The notes under the pieces were generated by a model, which searched no databases, was not told the origin of the DNA, and saw only the letters and a program-made list of their open reading frames with translations. Shown here piece by piece: positions 18,351 to 27,798 of a DNA stretch of 64,000 nucleotides (positions within the stretch are counted from its first letter, which is position 1; every line of letters starts with the position of its first letter). The position numbers and the translations under genes are program-made. Origin of the DNA: Bacilli bacterium (lineage in GTDB: Bacteria > Bacillota_I > Bacilli_A > RF39 > UBA660). The DNA is taken from contig JAFRZY010000006.1 in the NCBI GenBank assembly GCA_017442305.1, positions 41,538 through 105,537 of the forward strand. Direction: 5' to 3'.

Positions 18351-19640
18351 TTAACTTTTTAACAATCTATTAAGTTCAACTGCGTATTCCATAGGCAATT
18401 CTTTTTTAAAGTCTGCAATAAATCCCATAATTAACAACTCTTTTGCCTTTTCTTCGCTTAATCCTTTGCTCATTAAATAATTTAACTTTTCTTGATTAAC
18501 TTTAGATATAGTAGCCTCATGTTCAATATATGAAGATTTATTCTCTAAAATATTTTTGGGATAAGTATCACTTTTGGAAATATCATCTAAAAGGATAGTA
18601 TCACATTTTATATACGCTTTACTATTTAGAGCATTTTTAGTAATTCTTGTTATTCCTCTATAATTACTTTTACCACCATTTTGGGCAATAGATTTGCTAA
18701 CTATATTACTCTTTGTGTTTTTTCCAATGTGAATCATTTTAGCACCAGCATCAAGAACTTGATTTTCTTTGGCATAAGCAATACTGATAGAATTACCCAC
18801 TGAGTTATCGCCTTCTAAAATACAAGACGGATATTTCATAGTTAAACCACTGCCAATATTTCCATCTATCCATTCCATTAAACCATTTTCGCTAACTATA
18901 GCTCTTTTTGTAACCAAATTATAAACATCAGTTGACCAGTTTTGAATGGTAGAATAACGACATCTCGCATTTTTCTTAACATATATTTCAACTACTCCAG
19001 CATGTAGTGACGTTGAAGAATAACTTCTTGCTGTACAGCCTTCGATATAATCTAATTCTGAACCTTCATCCACAATTATAATTGTTCTTTCAAATTGTCC
19101 TAAATTTTCGCTATCAATTCTAAAATAACTTTGTAATGGTCTATCTAGTTTTGTATATGGAGGAATATAAATAAATGAACCACCACTCCAAACTGCACCA
19201 TTTAACGCTGTATATTTATTTTCATCATATTTTACAAGATTATTAAAATATTCTTTAAAAAGTTCAGGATACTCTTTTAATGCATCATCTGTACTCATAA
19301 AAATTATATCTTTATTAGTATTTTGCTTATGATAAACTACTTCGCTTTCGTATTGATTGGTTACTCCATCCAAATACTTTTCTTCAGCATGAATTACCCC
19401 TAAATCACAAAATGTATTTCGAATATCTTTATCAACTTTTTCCCAATCACTAACTGATTTTTCTGATTTAGATTTGTAATATAAAATTTTATCAAAGTCT
19501 ATATTTATTTCTGGACCAAATGAAGGATTATCTAACTCTTTAAACTTATCTAAAGATGCAAGACGAAAATCCAGCATCCATGCTGGCTCGTTTTTTTTCT
19601 TCGATAATTCAATTATAAAATTTTCATCTAATCTTTTCAT
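18351..19640 (-). CDS. sufB: Fe-S cluster assembly protein SufB/SufD family
   Basis: Conserved core ERTIIIVDEGSELDYIEGCTA and beta-helix region. No sufC/sufS/sufU adjacent. Confidence 0.75.
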   Translation of the reverse strand: MKRLDENFIIELSKKKNEPAWMLDFRLASLDKFKELDNPSFGPEINIDFDKILYYKSKSEKSVSDWEKVDKDIRNTFCDLGVIHAEEKYLDGVTNQYESEVVYHKQNTNKDIIFMSTDDALKEYPELFKEYFNNLVKYDENKYTALNGAVWSGGSFIYIPPYTKLDRPLQSYFRIDSENLGQFERTIIIVDEGSELDYIEGCTARSYSSTSLHAGVVEIYVKKNARCRYSTIQNWSTDVYNLVTKRAIVSENGLMEWIDGNIGSGLTMKYPSCILEGDNSVGNSISIAYAKENQVLDAGAKMIHIGKNTKSNIVSKSIAQNGGKSNYRGITRITKNALNSKAYIKCDTILLDDISKSDTYPKNILENKSSYIEHEATISKVNQEKLNYLMSKGLSEEKAKELLIMGFIADFKKELPMEYAVELNRLLKS

Positions 19641-19736
19641 AAAAATCCCTACTTATTTATAATACAATAATTTAATCTTTAAAACAATTGTATTTTTTCA
19701 CGCTTTTTGTTAAAATGATTATTATAGGAGGCTTTT

Positions 19737-20429
19737 ATGATGAACGCAGACAATCAAGAATATAATTTTAATAATTCTTATGCAATGCTTAATACTAACA
19801 TATTAGAATTATATAAAAGACAATACCAACAATTAGCTCCTATTACATGTAAAGACAACATGTTATTTTATAACGGTGAAAGTTTTCCTTTAGGATATTT
19901 CCGATTAAATCAAATAACTGTTATGATTTGCGAATTATCCGCAAAAGAGTTTTATGAAACAATAAAATTATTAGCTAGCATAGAAAATAACTTAGAAAAT
20001 GAAGATTATTATTTAGCTAATATTAATTTATTGCTTGAAAAAAATGTTTTATCTGAAGAAGATAAAAATATTATTAATGATTTTGTCAAAAACTATATAA
20101 ATCTAAAAAATCATGAAGATTTTTTAGCTGGAGTTCCTACAGTAAGTCTTAGTAAGTATCGACAAATAGTAAATAATGTCCTATATTTATGTGATCCTAC
20201 TAAATTAACTGAAGGGCAAAAAATTATAAACGATGCCATATTAGCTGAAAGTGAAAACTTTGGAGGTCGCAATAATGGAATTACGCGAGTATTAAAAAAT
20301 CCAGATATTCCAAATATGGCTCCAGATGAAGAGCAACCTTATTCTAAAGCTGGTTTTGCAAGCATTATTTTAATTATTTATACTATTATTAATGCTGCAA
20401 TAATATTAGCAATCAAATTAATAAAATAA
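19737..20429 (+). CDS. hypothetical protein with C-terminal transmembrane anchor
   Basis: ORF with hydrophobic C-terminus GFASIILIIYTIINAAIILAI. Confidence 0.45.
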   Translation: MMNADNQEYNFNNSYAMLNTNILELYKRQYQQLAPITCKDNMLFYNGESFPLGYFRLNQITVMICELSAKEFYETIKLLASIENNLENEDYYLANINLLLEKNVLSEEDKNIINDFVKNYINLKNHEDFLAGVPTVSLSKYRQIVNNVLYLCDPTKLTEGQKIINDAILAESENFGGRNNGITRVLKNPDIPNMAPDEEQPYSKAGFASIILIIYTIINAAIILAIKLIK

Positions 20430-20457
20430 AAATTCCTATAATTATAGGAATTTTTTT
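20426..20457. terminator. bidirectional terminator between convergent genes
   Basis: Perfect palindrome AATTCCTATAATTATAGGAATT flanked by A- and T-tracts. Confidence 0.6.
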
Positions 20458-20472
20458 ATAAAAAAATATAAT

Positions 20473-20733
20473 CTATTTAGATTCTACTATTAATTTAATA
20501 GCTGTTTTTTGTTCACCATTTATTTCGATATCATTAAATGCTGGTATAACAACTAAATTATCACCGCTTGGTGCAACAAATCCTCGAGTTATGGCAATTG
20601 CTTTTATTGCTTGATTTAGGGAACCTGCTCCAATAGTTTGAATTTCAACACTACCTTTTTCGCGAAAAATATTCGCTATTGCTCCCGCAACTTTACTAGG
20701 ATTTGACTTTGATGATACTTTTAAAGTTTCCAT
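20473..20733 (-). CDS. spoVS: stage V sporulation protein S
   Basis: 86 aa, near-collinear with B. subtilis SpoVS (METLKVS..SKV.AGA..IQTIGAG.LNQAIKA.AI.RGFVAPSG...IPAF.DI.I.GE..TAIKLIVE). Confidence 0.9.
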   Translation of the reverse strand: METLKVSSKSNPSKVAGAIANIFREKGSVEIQTIGAGSLNQAIKAIAITRGFVAPSGDNLVVIPAFNDIEINGEQKTAIKLIVESK

Positions 20734-20789
20734 AGTTCCTCCTTCATTTATTTATATTAAACTATATGATAAATAAATGTTTTTAGAAC

Positions 20790-21659
20790 CTATTTACTTT
20801 CCCAGCGAGCATAAATACCACAAGGAAGTATTAAATTACTATCTTTCATAGGTAATCCTAATTCATCACTAGATATAATTCCTTTATGCTTTTTGTTAAC
20901 TGTAAGCTGTAAAATATTTTCTAATACAGTCATTGATAAACCGGTAGTATATGAGTTAATTAAAAACAAAATTGGCTCTTCACTTAATAATTCACTACAT
21001 AAATCTACTAATTCATACAGACTATTTTCTATGTTCCAAACTTCGTTTTTACTTCCTCGCCCAAATGAAGGCGGATCCATTAAAATTATATCGTATTTAT
21101 TTCCTCTTCTAATTTCACGTTTAACAAATTTCAAACAATCATCAACCATATAACGAATTGGCTTTTTGTCCAACTTTGATGAAACACTATTTTCTTTTGC
21201 CCAATCCACCATTCCTCTAGATGAATCTACATGGACAACTTCAGCGCCAGCATTTAGTGCTGCCATTGATGCTGCTCCGGTATATGCAAACAAATTTAAA
21301 ACCTTTACTTTTCTATCTGTACTCTTTATTTTTTCAGATATTAAGTTCCAGTTATATGCTTGTTCTGGAAATAATCCTGTATGTTTAAAACTCATTAATT
21401 TTAAATTAAAAGTTAAATCACGATAACTAATTGTCCATCTATCTTTTAATTTTGGATTTTTTATTTCCCAAGAACCTCCGCCAGATTTACTACGATGATA
21501 AACAGCATCAATATCTTCCCATAATTCCGGATGAGCTTTTTCTTGCCAAATAATTTGGGGATCTGGTCTTAGTAATTTAACTCCATTCCAAAGTTCTAGT
21601 TTCATACCATTAGCCATATCTAATATTTGATATTCATTAAAATCTTTAACTGTTTTCAT
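20790..21659 (-). CDS. class I SAM-dependent methyltransferase (RlmI/YwbD-like rRNA methyltransferase catalytic domain)
   Basis: SAM-binding NLFAYTGAASMAA and catalytic IILMDPPSFGRG motifs. Confidence 0.7.
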   Translation of the reverse strand: MKTVKDFNEYQILDMANGMKLELWNGVKLLRPDPQIIWQEKAHPELWEDIDAVYHRSKSGGGSWEIKNPKLKDRWTISYRDLTFNLKLMSFKHTGLFPEQAYNWNLISEKIKSTDRKVKVLNLFAYTGAASMAALNAGAEVVHVDSSRGMVDWAKENSVSSKLDKKPIRYMVDDCLKFVKREIRRGNKYDIILMDPPSFGRGSKNEVWNIENSLYELVDLCSELLSEEPILFLINSYTTGLSMTVLENILQLTVNKKHKGIISSDELGLPMKDSNLILPCGIYARWESK

Positions 21660-21660
21660 A

Positions 21661-22188
21661 CTAATTTTTCTCCTTAATTAAGTTTGCTAAAGGATCTATT
21701 AAATCTAAAATACCATTGATAAAGAAAAAGTTACCCAACATTAATATTTGAATCTCCGCCGCATAGTATAAATTCACTGCAGTTAATAAACCGATTAGAA
21801 TAAATATAAATAAAGTTATAATATGCATTATCCACATGTTGTTCTTTCTATCATGATAATAATCAGCTTTTTTCAATTTTACTAAAGACATACCAAATGT
21901 CCATATTAATAAAATAAAGGCAAGGTATATTGGATTTTCCATCACATTTAATATATTTGCCAATATTAAAGATATTAAACAAACTATAGAAGTATATAAG
22001 CCTTCTCTATCCTTAGATTTTTTTACTAACAAATAATTAATTAAATTACTAACCATATAAAATAACATAATAATTATAAATGTAACTTTCACATTATTAA
22101 TACTAAGTAATGGTAATAAAATTACTATACTACTACAAATTATTAATGATAAAGATGTTATAATATCAGCTTTTGTTTTGACACTCAT
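21661..22188 (-). CDS. hypothetical polytopic membrane protein
   Basis: Multiple hydrophobic helices. Stop/start adjacency with the methyltransferase gene. Confidence 0.45.
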   Translation of the reverse strand: MSVKTKADIITSLSLIICSSIVILLPLLSINNVKVTFIIIMLFYMVSNLINYLLVKKSKDREGLYTSIVCLISLILANILNVMENPIYLAFILLIWTFGMSLVKLKKADYYHDRKNNMWIMHIITLFIFILIGLLTAVNLYYAAEIQILMLGNFFFINGILDLIDPLANLIKEKN

Positions 22189-22251
22189 ACTTTCCCTTCT
22201 TTCATATTTATTATATCAAAAAAAATATCAAGAACAAATATAAACACAAAC

Positions 22252-22770
22252 TTATTTTTTCAAAATATTATCTAATACTGCTTGATTTTCTTCATAAAAT
22301 ATCTGCCAATTCATTGCTTCTTTATGTTCTTCCGATAACATTTTAAATAAAGTATCCCTATCTACAAAACAAATTTTAAAATTTTCTTTTATTTCACCTT
22401 CAGTAAGATTCATGTTATTTATATTAATTGTTTGATCGGTTTTAACATAATAATATGTAGTAATTGTATATCTTGGTCTAACCATGTTCGTTCTATAATC
22501 TATAGCGTTGTCATACATAGTCTCTAGTTCTAAAACCTCTTGAAAATCGTCAGCAGCCAAAATCATACCGGTTTCTTCTCTAATTTCCCTTTGAATGGCA
22601 GATAAATTATCTTCATCCTTATTGCATTTTCCACCAGGAAATATATATTTACCAGCTTCACTACTTATTGCAATACAACCATCTTTATTTTCAATAACCG
22701 CTCTAACTTTTCTAAATGTTTGCCATGAATCGTCTGGTATTAAGTTTTTAGGATTTATCAATATTTTCAT
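22252..22770 (-). CDS. NUDIX hydrolase
   Basis: Nudix box GGKCNKDEDNLSAIQREIREETGM. Confidence 0.8.
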   Translation of the reverse strand: MKILINPKNLIPDDSWQTFRKVRAVIENKDGCIAISSEAGKYIFPGGKCNKDEDNLSAIQREIREETGMILAADDFQEVLELETMYDNAIDYRTNMVRPRYTITTYYYVKTDQTININNMNLTEGEIKENFKICFVDRDTLFKMLSEEHKEAMNWQIFYEENQAVLDNILKK

Positions 22771-22807
22771 ATAATATTCCTCCAGTTTTTATTATAGCAG
22801 AAATTTA

Positions 22808-22832
22808 TAAAAAAAACGAACCTACGGTTCGT
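22808..22832 (-). terminator. rho-independent terminator downstream of tRNA-Leu
   Basis: Hairpin ACGAACC-GTA-GGTTCGT followed by T8 on the minus strand. Confidence 0.6.
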
Positions 22833-22843
22833 ATCAAATCTAA

Positions 22844-22930
22844 TGGTGCCTGTGGTGGGACTCGAACCCACACGATATTGCTACCACTGGATTTTGAGTC
22901 CAGCGCGTCTACCAATTCCGCCACACAGGC
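22844..22930 (-). tRNA. tRNA-Leu (anticodon CAA), long variable arm, CCA encoded
   Basis: Acceptor GCCTGTG/CACAGGC; anticodon stem-loop CTGGA-CTCAAAA-TCCAG; variable arm GTGGTAGCAATATCGTG; T-arm GTGGGTTCGAGTCCCAC. 87 nt. Confidence 0.85.
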
Positions 22931-22994
22931 ATAAATTAATTATAACAAAAAAGTAGATAAATATCTACTTTTTTGTTAATGTTATTATAATTAG

Positions 22995-23573
22995 TTAAGC
23001 TATTTGCTTTTCTTCATTATTTTCTTTATAAATAGATGTGAATAATTCTTTTTCGTCTTCAGCATTTTTATTTTCTTTTATTTCTGGCAAATCTGCTAAT
23101 GTGGCAAGACCAAAGTAATCTAAGAATTCGCTTGTTGTTTTATATAGATTCGGTCTACCCGGCATCTCACTTTTACCTGCTTCTTTAACTAATCCCTTCG
23201 CAACTAATTTTCTAATTATATGCGAACAACTCACCCCTCTAAGTTCATCAATTTCAACCCTCGTAATTGGTTGATTATACGCAATAATTGCTAAAGTTTC
23301 TAAAGCTGCGTTAGATAATAGATTAGTATTTGGATTTTCTATTAGTTTTTCATAATACTCTTTATGTTCCTTTTTTGTTGTCAGTTTAAAGGCATCGCCT
23401 AAATAACTAATTCTTATTCCTCGCTCCTCTTTTTCGTATGAAGCTCGAAGTTCTAACAACAAAGATTTTGCTTCTTCAGCGCTTATGTTCATAATTTCAC
23501 AAACTGCATTCAAAGTAATACCTTCATCTCCTACCACAAAAAGTATTCCTTCTAAAACTCCTAATAAATTCAT
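22995..23573 (-). CDS. scpB: segregation and condensation protein B
   Basis: N-terminus MNLLGVLEGILFVVGDEGITL; winged-helix repeats. Follows scpA with a 1-nt overlap. Confidence 0.85.
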   Translation of the reverse strand: MNLLGVLEGILFVVGDEGITLNAVCEIMNISAEEAKSLLLELRASYEKEERGIRISYLGDAFKLTTKKEHKEYYEKLIENPNTNLLSNAALETLAIIAYNQPITRVEIDELRGVSCSHIIRKLVAKGLVKEAGKSEMPGRPNLYKTTSEFLDYFGLATLADLPEIKENKNAEDEKELFTSIYKENNEEKQIA

Positions 23574-24307
23574 TAAAACTCCCTACTTTCAATTGTTATC
23601 GGACTAAAGTTGTTTTCCTGTTCAATAATTATTTCATTATTTTTACTCATATTAAGAATTGATAAAAAAGTAACAACAACATATTCTTTAGTTACTATGT
23701 CAAATAAATCTACAAAATTTATTTTCTTTTTAACCTTTAAGATGTCTCTAATATTAGTAATTCTCTCAGATACACTTAATTCCTTTTTTGTAATTCTAGT
23801 ATTAACAGGTTTACTTGCTTTTAATCTATCCTTCATCATTAAAAACGCATTAACTAAATCATCAATAGTAACATCACTATTATTTATTACCGATTCTCCC
23901 ATATATTCAGTCAAATTTTCTGGTAATTTTGTATAATAATCTTGTCTATTTAGTTCTAATTCTTTGAACGATTCTGTTGCATTTTTATATTTTTCATATT
24001 CAATTAATTTTTGTTTTAAATCTTCTTCACTGTTAATGGCATAATCATCTTGCTCATCTGGTTCTTCTTCAATGTTTAAAAGCATTTTACTTTTTAAATG
24101 TAATAACTCTGCTGCCATAACCAAATATGAACTTGCTATATCAATGTTTTTTTCTTGCATCTCATTAATAAAATTTAAATATTCTTCAATAATAATTGAC
24201 GTTTTTATTTCATAAATATCCATTTCACTACTTTTTACTAAATGCAATAGTAAATCAAGCGGACCTTCGAAATCATTTATGCAAAAATTATATGTCAAGC
24301 TAATCAC
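23573..24307 (-). CDS. scpA: segregation and condensation protein A
   Basis: ScpA N-terminal motif FEGPLDLLLHLVK. Confidence 0.85.
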   Translation of the reverse strand: MISLTYNFCINDFEGPLDLLLHLVKSSEMDIYEIKTSIIIEEYLNFINEMQEKNIDIASSYLVMAAELLHLKSKMLLNIEEEPDEQDDYAINSEEDLKQKLIEYEKYKNATESFKELELNRQDYYTKLPENLTEYMGESVINNSDVTIDDLVNAFLMMKDRLKASKPVNTRITKKELSVSERITNIRDILKVKKKINFVDLFDIVTKEYVVVTFLSILNMSKNNEIIIEQENNFSPITIESREF

Positions 24308-24313
24308 TTCCTA

Positions 24314-25282
24314 CTAATTACAATTAAATCCGTTTGACTCCATTTCAAATTTAACTGTTTTTACATTTGTTTTATAATTGTAATAATAATTATTTTCTAT
24401 ATTTGTTAAATCAACATTTTGTAAATCCAATAAAGCATTAAATGTAAATCCTGTTTCATTATTAATTAAAGTTGCGCTTACTCCATCATAATTATTATAA
24501 GTAGCAGCATTAAGTTGATAATTTTTTAATAGTTCTGAATAAGCTATTGTATTTTCAAATGGATAGTTAATAACATCATTAATACTTATTAACATTGAAT
24601 TTCCAAATGTATATGTTATTTTTTCATATTTATTTTCACAAACTAAAATTCCTTTACCATCTTCATTTAGAGTTAAATTCACTTCAGGATAATCAGCTTC
24701 GGTTTTAGTACTTATTAGTAATTTAGAAACATTTCCACTTACATTATCATCTAAAACATATTCATAATTTTTAACGCTACTAACATCAATCGTCCCAAAA
24801 CTTATTTTTATTCTTTGTAACAAAGTGTTATCACTAGAATATATTTCTAAAAATTGTTTTTTTTCTTTCATATCAAGAACTGCATCTGTATTGTTTTTTA
24901 AATCAAAATATATTTTATTTTCAGAAATGATAATATTAGACATTGTAAATGATTCATGGTTAATAGCTAAATCTTCTGTATAATCATAATATACTGGATT
25001 TTCTTGTTCGTTAGGCAATTGTTCTTTATCTACATCTTCCGGCTCATTAACAGCTGGTTTATTAGTAATATTTGTATTATTACCGTTTAAATATGCTTCA
25101 ATATAATTTGTTATATCTGGCATAAAAATTGCAACTGCAATAAAAATTATAAAAATAATTATTAGTAAAACTGGACTTTTCTCACTTTTGTCTAGTTTTC
25201 CAATTATTGTTGGAGTTAATTCTTTATCCACAATCACTATATTTTCATTCTTTTTCTTTGCCATATTATCCCTTCTTACCAT
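24314..25282 (-). CDS. hypothetical membrane-anchored protein (N/Y-rich ectodomain)
   Basis: N-terminal TM LLIIIFIIFIAVAIFM. No family assignment. Immediately upstream of scpA. Confidence 0.45.
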   Translation of the reverse strand: MVRRDNMAKKKNENIVIVDKELTPTIIGKLDKSEKSPVLLIIIFIIFIAVAIFMPDITNYIEAYLNGNNTNITNKPAVNEPEDVDKEQLPNEQENPVYYDYTEDLAINHESFTMSNIIISENKIYFDLKNNTDAVLDMKEKKQFLEIYSSDNTLLQRIKISFGTIDVSSVKNYEYVLDDNVSGNVSKLLISTKTEADYPEVNLTLNEDGKGILVCENKYEKITYTFGNSMLISINDVINYPFENTIAYSELLKNYQLNAATYNNYDGVSATLINNETGFTFNALLDLQNVDLTNIENNYYYNYKTNVKTVKFEMESNGFNCN

Positions 25283-25323
25283 AATTAATTATAACAAAAA
25301 ACAAATAAAATAAAAAGGACTAA

Positions 25324-25674
25324 TTAGTCCTTTGGTTTAAAGATAAAACTTAATATTGCTGAAAATACAACAGCACTTACTATGGCAGCTGAAGCTTTAG
25401 TTAAAAGATGCGTAAAACACCCAATTAATCCGGATTCATTTAATCCTATTAAACCACCTTGATAAAGCATATGGCCAAAATTTGAAATTAAAACTGTTGC
25501 ACCTGCCCCTGCAAAATCTATTAATTTTTCATAAAGCCCCAAAAATGATAGTATTGCTCCTAAAACTGTGAACAAACTTGTAACATGACCCGGAGTTAGA
25601 TTGGTGTTATCAAGTATCATTTGGGCTATAGCACATACTAATCCCGAGAAAATAAATGCCGAAAAAAATATCAT
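25324..25674 (-). CDS. spoVAEB: stage V sporulation protein AEB
   Basis: 116 aa; collinear with B. subtilis SpoVAEB (MIF..AF..G..C.I.Q...D...LTP.H..S...V.GA.L...GLYE.L...AGAG). Confidence 0.8.
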   Translation of the reverse strand: MIFFSAFIFSGLVCAIAQMILDNTNLTPGHVTSLFTVLGAILSFLGLYEKLIDFAGAGATVLISNFGHMLYQGGLIGLNESGLIGCFTHLLTKASAAIVSAVVFSAILSFIFKPKD

Positions 25675-26648
25675 TATATGACCTCCAAACTAACAGCGTG
25701 AGCAATTGCTGGAATTGTATTTTTTTGATTAATTAATGATACTGTATGCAAAGAACCGGTCCCAATTATTAAGATTTTTTTATACTTATTGGTTTTTAAG
25801 ATTCTATTAAAAAGTACTAATGGCAAAGCAACTGGACCACTAGCTCCAGCATATGTTTCTTGGTTATCTAAATAAAGTTCGCTTCCAGCATCAATATGTT
25901 TTTTTAACTTCAAATCATAACTACGTTTAATATATTCTCTAAATATTTTTGTACCAATTTCTCCTAAATCCCCCGTTAATATTAAATCATAATAATCACT
26001 ACTACGTTTTAAATCTAATAAATGGCGTGCCAACGTTTCTGCAGCTGCTGGAGCCATAACCGCTCCCATGTTATTTGCATCTTTCATTCCCATATCTATC
26101 GGAATACCTATTGTTGCTGAATCAACTCGAATTTTACTTTTTTCATTAGTTAATAAAGCTCCTACACAACCTGTAGCAGTAAATGTTGCTGTATGAGGCT
26201 TAGGAGCACCATATTCAACCGGAAAACGAAATTGTTTTTCGCTATTTAGATTATGACTACTTGTTACTGCAATTATATTATTTGCTTGTTTACTATTTAT
26301 CAAATTTGCTCCTACAGAAACACTTTCTACAAATGTAGCACAAGCACTATATAGTCCTAAAAAAGGGATTTGATAATATTTTGCACTATAACTAGAAATA
26401 GCAATTTGATTATATAATTCCCCGCCAATTAAATAATCTATATCTCCATCTAACAATTTATTTTGTAATAGCAAATTATCAATTACTATTCGTTGCATTT
26501 TAATTTCTGCTTGTTCAAAAGTCTTTTCTCTATAATAATAATCATCCATAGTTAAATCAAACTTTTTTATTTGCCCATTTTTTTCAAGCGGACCTGCAAT
26601 ACTAAAACTATTTTTTATATAAACATTATCAAATTTTAAACTAGACAT
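25674..26648 (-). CDS. spoVAD: stage V sporulation protein AD (thiolase-like)
   Basis: ~325 aa thiolase-fold protein in spoVAC-AD-AEB order. Overlaps neighbours by 1 and 13 nt. Confidence 0.85.
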   Translation of the reverse strand: MSSLKFDNVYIKNSFSIAGPLEKNGQIKKFDLTMDDYYYREKTFEQAEIKMQRIVIDNLLLQNKLLDGDIDYLIGGELYNQIAISSYSAKYYQIPFLGLYSACATFVESVSVGANLINSKQANNIIAVTSSHNLNSEKQFRFPVEYGAPKPHTATFTATGCVGALLTNEKSKIRVDSATIGIPIDMGMKDANNMGAVMAPAAAETLARHLLDLKRSSDYYDLILTGDLGEIGTKIFREYIKRSYDLKLKKHIDAGSELYLDNQETYAGASGPVALPLVLFNRILKTNKYKKILIIGTGSLHTVSLINQKNTIPAIAHAVSLEVI

Positions 26649-27079
26649 TCTATAACCATCCTTATCATAAGTAACAGAAAAGCGCTTAATATACCATAAA
26701 GAATAACACTTCCTGCAAGTTTGAAAAAGTTTGCTCCAAGTCCTGTAATTAAACCATCTTTTTTATAATCAAGAGCACTACTACTAATAGAATGAGCAAA
26801 TCCGGTAGTAGGAATTATTAATCCTGCTTTAAATTTTGTTACTAAATTATCAAAAAAACCCAAGGAAGTTAAAAAACATCCAATAAATATTAAACTAATA
26901 CAGAGCCAAATAAAAGCTTCAGTTCTTGATACTCCGCAAAAATTCATAAGTATATAGATTTCTAATTCTCCTAAAACACCAACAATACCGCCACTTAGAA
27001 ATGCTAGCAAGGTATTTTTTACTTTGTTTTCTTTGGGAGTTAAAGACTTTACTAATTTTTTATATTCATCTTTATTCAT
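26636..27079 (-). CDS. spoVAC: stage V sporulation protein AC
   Basis: Collinear with B. subtilis SpoVAC (KKLVKS..PK..V.N.L.AFL.GG..., IPTTGFAHSISSSALDYKKDGLITGLGANFFKLAG). Confidence 0.85.
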   Translation of the reverse strand: MNKDEYKKLVKSLTPKENKVKNTLLAFLSGGIVGVLGELEIYILMNFCGVSRTEAFIWLCISLIFIGCFLTSLGFFDNLVTKFKAGLIIPTTGFAHSISSSALDYKKDGLITGLGANFFKLAGSVILYGILSAFLLLMIRMVIECLV

Positions 27080-27095
27080 ATTATTCCTCCACCTT

Positions 27096-27124
27096 TATTA
27101 TGTAAAAGCTATTAATTTTTATGC
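27096..27124 (-). promoter_or_regulatory. forespore sigma-G/F-type promoter upstream of spoVAC (GCATA-17-CATAATA)
   Basis: Minus-strand -35 GCATA (plus 27120-27124), 17-nt spacer, -10 CATAATA (plus 27096-27102). Matches the B. subtilis sigma-G consensus GHATR-17/18-CATnnTA. RBS AAGGTGGAGG follows. Confidence 0.55.
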
Positions 27125-27141
27125 AAATAAAAAATGCATCA
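27103..27141 (-). terminator. rho-independent terminator after the sigF-like gene
   Basis: Imperfect 12-bp stem TGCGTCAATACA/TGTAGTGATGCA plus T6 on the minus strand, immediately after the sigma stop codon. Confidence 0.5.
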
Positions 27142-27789
27142 CTACATAGTCATGTATTGACGCATTTTTTCTATTCCCTTTTTCTCATAACGCGAAACCA
27201 TTACTTGAGTCATATTTAAAGTTCTTGCTACCTCGCTTTGAGTCATATCTTTATAATATCTCGCTTTTATGATTTCTCTTTCTCTATCATCAAGTCTATC
27301 TAAAGAATCAAATATATCTATTCTTTCTTCCATAGATATATTTTCTCTACATCCCACTGTTTCATAATAACTTCTTTCATTATCCGGTTGTTCATCTAAT
27401 GATTTAACAGCTTCCATGCAGCTAGTTGCTTGATTAATAATTTCTTCATCCAATTCAAGATATAATGCTAACTCTTGATTAGTTGGAATTTTTCCATATT
27501 TTTGAGCTAAATCATAACGAGTTCTTTCGGCTAATTTTCTAACCTTTAAAAGATATTGATTTATTTTTAATGGATTATTATTACTTACTAATGTATACAT
27601 TGCTCCATAAATATATGGATAAGCATAAGTGCTAAATTTAGTAGTTCCATCACTTTTATAATTTTTATAAGCTTGAAGCAAAGCTCCTACTCCAACTTGA
27701 AATAAATCCTCAAAATCAGCATTATAAAATTTTTTACAAACATTTAATATTAATCCCTTATTCGCTTCAATTATTTCTTCCGGTGTCAT
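27142..27789 (-). CDS. sporulation sigma factor, SigF/SigG-family (sigma-70 regions 2-4; short N-terminus)
   Basis: DLFQVGVGALLQAYKNY...FSTYAYPYIYG (region 2) and REREIIKARYYKDMTQSEVARTLNMTQVMVSRYEKK (region 4), near-identical in pattern to B. subtilis SigF/SigG. Only 215 aa. Confidence 0.85.
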   Translation of the reverse strand: MTPEEIIEANKGLILNVCKKFYNADFEDLFQVGVGALLQAYKNYKSDGTTKFSTYAYPYIYGAMYTLVSNNNPLKINQYLLKVRKLAERTRYDLAQKYGKIPTNQELALYLELDEEIINQATSCMEAVKSLDEQPDNERSYYETVGCRENISMEERIDIFDSLDRLDDREREIIKARYYKDMTQSEVARTLNMTQVMVSRYEKKGIEKMRQYMTM

Positions 27790-27798
27790 ATATGCCTC

